Below, one piece after another: positions 27,783-34,053 of a stretch of 34,053 bases of DNA. The notes under the pieces are model-generated. The model was not told where the DNA came from. It made no database searches and saw only the letters and a program-made list of their open reading frames with translations. How positions within the stretch are numbered: position 1 is the first letter of the stretch; each line of letters begins with the position of its first letter. Source of the stretch: an uncultured Desulfonema sp. GTDB taxonomy: Bacteria > Desulfobacterota > Desulfobacteria > Desulfobacterales > Desulfosalsimonadaceae. Location of the stretch: NCBI GenBank assembly GCA_964522535.1, contig CAZFWD010000064.1, forward strand, positions 1 to 34,053, written 5' to 3'. The translations under genes and the position numbers were made by a program.

Positions 27783-29105
27783 TTAGGCCTTGACCTTGAT
27801 CTTATGGAATTTTTTCTTGCCGGCCTTCAACAGGATCTCTCCGTTATCAAGATCTGCTGCGGTCACCATGTATTCCGCAGAGTCGAGACGGGCGCCGTTG
27901 AGATATGCGCCTCCCTGCTGAATCAGGCGTCTTGCCGCGCTTCCGGATGAAGCCAGCCCGACCTGATGATAGAGCTTAAACGCCGGAATGCCTGAGGCCA
28001 GGTCGGAATTTTCAAGAAAGGAATGGGGCACGACCTCTGCAGAAACCTGCGCATCTGCACTAATCTGTTCCCTTATTTCTTCAGCATATACCCTGCGAGG
28101 AATATCACTTGTAGGTAAAATGGATTCTGGGATAACCCGTGAACCAAATCCGGATATGGCACCAAAATGTGCTTTGCGGGCTTCATCCGCTCCATGACAG
28201 AGTTTGGAGGCCTCATAGGCTAAAACCGCCTTTGCGCTGTTTAAATCAGCCCCTTCCAGCTTCTCAACCTCGGCGATCTCATCCATGGGCAGAAGCGTAA
28301 ATAACGCCAAAAACCGCGCCACATCTTTATCGTCCGTGTTGACCCAGTACTGGTAATAATCATAGGGAGAGGTTCTTTCCGGATCCAGCCAGACCGCGCC
28401 CGCGGCGGTTTTGCCCATCTTTGCGCCGCTGCTGGTGGTGACCAGGGGAAAGGTGATGCCGAAAGCGGTTTCCTGGCGCATGCGGCGGATCAGTTCAATC
28501 CCGGCCACGATATTGCCCCACTGGTCGGCCCCGCCCATCTGCAGGCGGCAGCCGTGGGTATCGTAGAGCTTTAAAAAATCATAGGCCTGCAGCAGCATGT
28601 AGTTAAACTCGATAAAATTGAGTCCCTCTTCCGAGTCGATACGCGCCCGGTAGCTTTCCGCCTTGATCATTCGGTTTACGGAAAAATGCCGCCCGATATC
28701 CCTTAAGAACGGAATGTACTCCAGCCCCACCAGCCAGTCCGCGTTGTTGACCAGAAGCGCGCCGCCTGTCCCAAATTGAATGAAACGGGAAAGCTGTGCC
28801 TTCAGTCCGGCCGCGTTTTCCGCCACCGCTTCAACGGTTAAAAGCTGGCGCATCTCGGTCTTGCCGCTGGGATCCCCGACCAGCCCGGTCCCGCCGCCGA
28901 CCAGGGCGATGGGCCGATGCCCGTTGTCCTGCATGTGTTTCAGCGCCATGATCGGTACCAGGCTGCCCACATGGAAACTGGAGGCGGTCGGGTCAAACCC
29001 GATGTAACAGGAAACCGGACCGGATTCCAGATATGCTTTTAACTCCTGGTCGTGGGTGGTGTTTTCAATAAATCCGCGTTCCCGCAATACGTCAATCACG
29101 CTCAT
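27783..29105 (-). CDS. tyrS: Tyrosine--tRNA ligase
   Basis: HIGH-type HVGSL, KMSKS-type KMGKT, GGADQWGN, and a C-terminal S4-like domain (AARRLIQQGGAYLNG). Confidence 0.95.
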   Translation of the reverse strand: MSVIDVLRERGFIENTTHDQELKAYLESGPVSCYIGFDPTASSFHVGSLVPIMALKHMQDNGHRPIALVGGGTGLVGDPSGKTEMRQLLTVEAVAENAAGLKAQLSRFIQFGTGGALLVNNADWLVGLEYIPFLRDIGRHFSVNRMIKAESYRARIDSEEGLNFIEFNYMLLQAYDFLKLYDTHGCRLQMGGADQWGNIVAGIELIRRMRQETAFGITFPLVTTSSGAKMGKTAAGAVWLDPERTSPYDYYQYWVNTDDKDVARFLALFTLLPMDEIAEVEKLEGADLNSAKAVLAYEASKLCHGADEARKAHFGAISGFGSRVIPESILPTSDIPRRVYAEEIREQISADAQVSAEVVPHSFLENSDLASGIPAFKLYHQVGLASSGSAARRLIQQGGAYLNGARLDSAEYMVTAADLDNGEILLKAGKKKFHKIKVKA

Positions 29106-29116
29106 TTTTACTGCCC

Positions 29117-30679
29117 TTATTTGTTTGCATATTCCACGGCCCGGGTTTCCCGAATCACCATGACCTTGATCTGGCCCGGAAAGGTCAGCGACTCTTCAAT
29201 CTTTTTCGCAATGTCCCTGCTCAGCATCACGGCATCCTCATCCGATATGCAGCCGCCGTCCACAATCACCCGCAGCTCCCTTCCGGCCTGAATAGCGTAG
29301 GCATTTGAAACCCCCTTAAACGAGTTGGCGATGGTCTCCAGTTCCTCAAGCCGCTTGATATAGTTTTCAAGCAGCTCCTTTCTGGCGCCCGGCCTTGCCC
29401 CGGAGAGCCCGTCGGCGGCCTGAACCAGCACGTCATAAATGGATTCCGGCGGAATTTCTTCATGGTGGGCGGCAATCGCATGCACGATCTTGGGGGACTC
29501 ACCGCATTTTTTCGCCAGCCTGGCTCCGATTTCCGCATGGGATCCGTCCACCTCATGATCGATGGCCTTACCGATGTCATGAAGCAGGCCCATCCGTTTG
29601 GCCATTTTCACGTTAAGGCCCAGCTCCGCGGCCATGGCCCCGCATAAAAAACCCACCTCAACCGAATGCTGCAAGACGTTCTGGGCGTAGCTGGTCCGAA
29701 ACTTCAACATGCCGAGGTATCGAATCAGCTCGTTGTTGAGGCCGTGAACCCCCAGGTCAAAGGCCGCCTGGTCCCCGGCCTCCTTGATGGTCACCTCGAC
29801 CTCTTCGCCGACCTTTTTGACGATATCCTCGATCCGGGCCGGATGAATGCGGCCGTCCTCGATAAGGCGGATCAGCGAAAGCCTGGCCACCTCGCGCCGC
29901 ACCGGATTAAAACCCGAAAGGATCACCGCTTCCGGGGTATCGTCAATGATCAGATCGATCCCGGTGGCCGCTTCCAGGGCGCGAATATTCCTTCCTTCAC
30001 GTCCGATAATCCGGCCCTTCATTTCATCGTCGGGAAGCTGAACCACCGAGACCGTGCGTTCCACGACAAAATCCCCGGCGTAGCGCTGAATCGCGGTCGA
30101 GATAATCTTTTTGGCCTCCTTGTCCGCACTCTCCTTCGCCTCGTTGGTGATCCGTTTGATCAGTTTGGCGGCATCGTGTTTGGCCTCGTTTTCCATGGAC
30201 TGAAGCAGAAGTTCCTTGGCCCCCTCGGCGGTCAGACCGGACAGGGCTTCCAGCTTTTTCCGCTCCTGCTGGATCATTTCGTCGTATTGGACTTTTACGG
30301 TTTCAATCTCGCTCTCCTTTTGATAAAGCGCCTTTTCCTTACGGATGGCTTCCTTGGCCTGAAGCTCGATCTGCTCATTTTTCTTCTCCAGGTGCTCTTC
30401 CTTCTGCTGAAGCCTCTTTTCCTGGCTTTTTATCTCCGCACGGACCTCGGCGGTCTCGGCATCGAAATCGTTCTTCATCTTGAGAAGCCGATCCTTGGCC
30501 TCCAACTGGGCCTCTTTGATCAGGGACTGGGCTTTCTGCTCCGCGGTATGAACCACCATTGCCGCGTTATGCTCAGCCTCCCTTGTTTTTCCTGAGGCGA
30601 TGCGTTCGCGCAATACATGCGATCCCAGAAAACCAAGAAGCCCGCCGATAACAACAAGCAGTATATATGTTGCATACAT
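29117..30679 (-). CDS. rny: Ribonuclease Y
   Basis: N-terminal TM helix, coiled coil, KH domain ([15 protein letters not shown]) and HD domain (LLHDIGKA). 520 aa. Confidence 0.95.
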   Translation of the reverse strand: MYATYILLVVIGGLLGFLGSHVLRERIASGKTREAEHNAAMVVHTAEQKAQSLIKEAQLEAKDRLLKMKNDFDAETAEVRAEIKSQEKRLQQKEEHLEKKNEQIELQAKEAIRKEKALYQKESEIETVKVQYDEMIQQERKKLEALSGLTAEGAKELLLQSMENEAKHDAAKLIKRITNEAKESADKEAKKIISTAIQRYAGDFVVERTVSVVQLPDDEMKGRIIGREGRNIRALEAATGIDLIIDDTPEAVILSGFNPVRREVARLSLIRLIEDGRIHPARIEDIVKKVGEEVEVTIKEAGDQAAFDLGVHGLNNELIRYLGMLKFRTSYAQNVLQHSVEVGFLCGAMAAELGLNVKMAKRMGLLHDIGKAIDHEVDGSHAEIGARLAKKCGESPKIVHAIAAHHEEIPPESIYDVLVQAADGLSGARPGARKELLENYIKRLEELETIANSFKGVSNAYAIQAGRELRVIVDGGCISDEDAVMLSRDIAKKIEESLTFPGQIKVMVIRETRAVEYANK

Positions 30680-30849
30680 TCATCTACTCCCGAAAAAAGG
30701 GTTATAAAAACAAAAGACAAAAGACGTCCACCTCGGTATCACGCCGAATGTCGTCAAACCGCATCCCATCAGTGGTGCGTCGATGATAGATAAAATATGA
30801 GGGTTGAAAGAAGGCGAGATGGTCGTTGGCGCGCCAAGGGCTACTGGGG

Positions 30850-31032
30850 AGTACCCCCGCCGCGTACGTGTTGAAAGAGACCTTGAACCATTCTGATCAA
30901 GGTGGGCGCCTTATGGATTCTTTAGGCTTTTCCGCAATCTGGGAACATGCACACCGAAACCAGCGAAGGCTCCCGTAATTTGACTGTTGGGACAAGATAC
31001 ATTATTCAATCACGAACACAGCAGGGGCATAA
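30850..31032 (-). ncRNA. ssrS: Probable 6S RNA (SsrS); boundaries approximate
   Basis: The minus-strand RNA folds by hand into a 6S-like layout. There is a 12-bp closing stem (CCCCUGCUGUGU, plus-strand 31016-31027, pairing with ACGCGGCGGGGG, 30854-30865) with further pairing inward. Large internal loop strands follow, then an apical stem (GGGAGCCUU/AAGGCGCCC). The 3' loop strand, CACCUUGAUCAGAAUGGUUCAAGG, resembles E. coli 6S CACCUUGAACCAAGGGUUCAAGG. GGAAAAGCCUAAAG resembles E. coli GAGAAGCCUUAAAA. It lies directly downstream of zapA, as in E. coli (zapA-ssrS). Confidence 0.6.
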
Positions 31033-31106
31033 AACATAAACCATTCGCCGCTGAATGAGGCCCCGTATCAACAATGCGGCGTTGTAAGGTGATGCATGCA
31101 TCACCA

Positions 31107-31412
31107 TCAAAGATTCAATTCCTCAGGCTTTGTTTCAATCATATCCCCCAGCCGATTGGCCCGGGATGAAACCGATTCGAGAAAACGCGAATGCTGATTT
31201 AACAGCTCAACATACTGTTTTGAAATATTTAATGCAGCCAATACCAATATCGCCAATTTGTTGGTTTTTAACGCATGCGCCGGAAACTGCGACGCGACCT
31301 TGTGAACCTCATCGGTCAGGAGCTGCGCAATCTCCTCAGCACTTAAATCCCCCTCATCTGCTTTGAACCTGAATGCCTCCCCTAAAATTTCAATGGTTAT
31401 AATCTGTTCCAC
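31107..31412 (-). CDS. zapA: Cell division protein ZapA
   Basis: The 101-aa ORF reads ITIEILGEAFRFKADEGD...KLAILVLAALNISKQYVEL, the typical ZapA pattern and size. Confidence 0.85.
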   Translation of the reverse strand: MEQIITIEILGEAFRFKADEGDLSAEEIAQLLTDEVHKVASQFPAHALKTNKLAILVLAALNISKQYVELLNQHSRFLESVSSRANRLGDMIETKPEELNL

Positions 31413-31469
31413 CGGTTAAAAAGGCTCACCCTTTTCGGCCCCAAGCAGGAATGACCTCCCGATGCGGCC

Positions 31470-31709
31470 TTATTTTTCGGAAACACCGTTGAGTTTTGCC
31501 AGGATCCCGTCAATTTTGGACCGAATTAACGCCTTTTGTTCCAAAAACCTGTTTTCCTCATTTCCCCTGTTCTGGAGCTCCGTCTCCAGCGTTTTTACCT
31601 TTTTTGCAAGCTGAGTATTTTCAGCTTCAAACGATTTATTTAGTTGAATTAACCTGACCACCTTCTGCTCGATCTGATCGAACTGGCGCATCACATTTTC
31701 AATATCCAA
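31470..31709 (-). CDS. zapB: ZapB-like coiled-coil cell division protein
   Basis: A 79-aa all-coiled-coil protein (FDQIEQKVVRLIQLNKSFEAENTQLAKKVKTLETEL) sits immediately upstream of zapA. Confidence 0.6.
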   Translation of the reverse strand: MDIENVMRQFDQIEQKVVRLIQLNKSFEAENTQLAKKVKTLETELQNRGNEENRFLEQKALIRSKIDGILAKLNGVSEK

Positions 31710-31743
31710 TTTTCACCTCATCCGCTTCATTAAATTTATAATT

Positions 31744-32520
31744 TTAATCCGTCTTAAAGTCAAGATTTTTTCCGGATTCGCAAAGCAGCGCCTCGACCCG
31801 TCGCAACTCTTCTAGCGTATTTACCCCCGTCAATTCCCTGGGGTCCTCGCAAAGCATCAGCCCGATGTCCTGTCCATTCTGCCGGGCGATTTCGATGATG
31901 TCGGTCAAATAGACCTCATGCTGGGCATTATTTGTCTGAATCTGCGGCAGGGATGTTTCAAGAAAGGCCCGCTTTATACAATAAATACCTGAATTTACGA
32001 TATTTATAAGCTTTTCGGATTCGGACGCATCCGATTCCTCGACAATCCGCTCCACCCGCCCGCCTTTGCTTTGGACGATCCGGCCGTACCCATAGGGGTT
32101 TTCCAGCCGCAGCCCGATCAGGGTTACCGCATTACCGCTTGCCATATGTGTTTTGGCGAGACGGACCATGGTTTCAGGCCGAATCAACGGCACATCCCCG
32201 GACAGGATAAGGACATCCCGGCAGGTTTGCGGCAAATGCGGCAGGGCGCATAATACGGCATGGCCGGTGCCTTTTTGATCCGGCTGCAGGGCAAACATGA
32301 CATCGGCGGTTTTTGAAATCAGATCCCGCACCCGCCCGGCCTGGGTACCGACAACCACGAGAACCCCGCTGCCGGCCGCCCGCACCGCCGTATCCACCAC
32401 ATAGAGGATCATCGGTCTTCCGGAAATCCGGTGAAGCACCTTGGCCGTTTCCGACTTCATGCGGGTTCCTTTGCCGGCGGCCAGAATGACGATCACCATT
32501 GATTCGGGCAAAACATCCAT
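31744..32520 (-). CDS. GlmU-N-terminal-like nucleotidyltransferase (sugar-1-phosphate uridylyltransferase domain only; no LbetaH acetyltransferase domain)
   Basis: The N-terminus reads VILAAGKGTRMKS and continues KVLH...QPDQKGTGHAV...ILSGDVPLI...NSGIYC...YLTD. These match the GlmU pyrophosphorylase domain. The ORF stops after about 258 aa, 34 nt before zapB. The start was trimmed to ATG 32520 because the TTG-initiated extension (32571) runs through the atp terminator. Confidence 0.85.
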   Translation of the reverse strand: MDVLPESMVIVILAAGKGTRMKSETAKVLHRISGRPMILYVVDTAVRAAGSGVLVVVGTQAGRVRDLISKTADVMFALQPDQKGTGHAVLCALPHLPQTCRDVLILSGDVPLIRPETMVRLAKTHMASGNAVTLIGLRLENPYGYGRIVQSKGGRVERIVEESDASESEKLINIVNSGIYCIKRAFLETSLPQIQTNNAQHEVYLTDIIEIARQNGQDIGLMLCEDPRELTGVNTLEELRRVEALLCESGKNLDFKTD

Positions 32521-32553
32521 TTCACTCAAGTCACTGCGGATTTTTCTGTCAAT

Positions 32554-32587
32554 AAAAAAAGGGCAAACCAAGAATTTGATTCGCCCT
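32554..32587 (-). terminator. Rho-independent terminator downstream of atpC
   Basis: On the minus strand, AGGGCGAA (32587-32580) pairs with UUUGCCCU (32567-32560) as 8 bp including one G-U. The loop is 12 nt, followed by U6 (32559-32554). Confidence 0.7.
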
Positions 32588-32660
32588 CTTTATCTATCAA
32601 ACAACTTTCATCTCCGGGTATTCGCAAATCAACGACGATCCCGGGGTCAACGATGGGTCA

Positions 32661-33071
32661 TCACCCCCTGGATTCGGCTATCTTGATCCGCTCAATGGCC
32701 CGGTACAAAGCGGCCCTGGCCCTTTCAATATTCGTATCCTTGGATTTTTCCTCAAGCCGCTTTTGTGCGCGTTCAAGGGCGGCTTTGGCCCGATTCACAT
32801 CGATGTCCCGGCTCCACTCCGCGGATTCGGCCAGCACCGTCATCCGGTCGGGGAGCGCCTCAGCAAAACCCCCGCTGACAAAAACCGCCCTCTCCTTTCC
32901 CGAGGCATCCTTATAGTGGAGCCTGCCGGGTTTGAGGGAGGTCAGAAAAGGGGTGTGGCCGATGAGAACCCCGAATTCACCGGCCGTCCCCGGCGCCATG
33001 ACGATCTCCGCCTCCTTGCTGACCACGGACCGCTCCGGGGTCACCACCTCTAATTTGATGAATTCTGCCAT
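32661..33071 (-). CDS. atpC: F0F1 ATP synthase subunit epsilon
   Basis: The 136-aa ORF reads LEVVTPERSVVSKEAEIVMAPGTAGEFGVLIGHTPFLTSLKPG and has a C-terminal helical hairpin. It lies immediately downstream of atpD. Confidence 0.93.
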   Translation of the reverse strand: MAEFIKLEVVTPERSVVSKEAEIVMAPGTAGEFGVLIGHTPFLTSLKPGRLHYKDASGKERAVFVSGGFAEALPDRMTVLAESAEWSRDIDVNRAKAALERAQKRLEEKSKDTNIERARAALYRAIERIKIAESRG

Positions 33072-33088
33072 CTTATTCCCTTCGCGGA

Positions 33089-34053
<965 letters not shown>

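Noticed and set aside
29666-30595. A 309-aa plus-strand ORF antisense to rny. Similar long antisense ORFs occur at 20768-21802, 20027-20743, 15792-16496, 12483-12998, 2699-3214, 14887-15411 and 33170-33712 (plus strand), and at 7584-8132, 26548-27219 and 27259-27732 (minus strand).
   Set aside because: Each lies entirely inside a strongly supported conserved gene on the opposite strand. Their translations are low-complexity, rich in Arg, Gly and Pro, with no recognisable motifs. These are typical shadow ORFs of GC-rich coding DNA.

Overview
This window looks like an ordinary core-chromosome segment, probably from a Deltaproteobacteria/Desulfobacterota-type genome (inferred from gene content and order; no search was run). 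I see no mobile element, CRISPR array, integrase, toxin-antitoxin pair or recognisable defence island.

Gene content:
- Plus strand: smc-ftsY, an HU gene, tRNA-Thr(CGT), an ihfA-like gene, and a small membrane protein followed by an MBL-fold hydrolase.
- Minus strand, about 13 kb of tightly packed co-directional genes: mfd, a SurA-like PPIase, recO, a GHMP kinase, glyQ, glyS, a PC4/YdbC-like protein, a nucleoside phosphorylase, ligA and acyP.
- Minus strand, remainder: a sensor kinase with a sigma54-dependent (NtrC-type) response regulator; rny-tyrS; zapB-zapA followed by a probable 6S RNA; a GlmU-like nucleotidyltransferase lacking the acetyltransferase domain; and atpC with partial atpD.
- The left edge carries a tightly coupled three-gene operon: a class-III PLP enzyme, an uncharacterised kinase-like protein, and a secernin-like C69 Ntn-hydrolase. 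The last gene runs off the window, so the ORF track does not list it.

The observations most worth follow-up:
1. The left-edge operon is the only candidate here for an undescribed (metabolic) module.
2. A one-base frameshift splits mfd just upstream of its TRG motif.
3. An unannotated 6S-like RNA lies between zapA and rny.
4. The GlmU-like gene encodes the uridylyltransferase domain only.

All functional calls rest on motif recognition by eye and recalled family knowledge; no database search was run.
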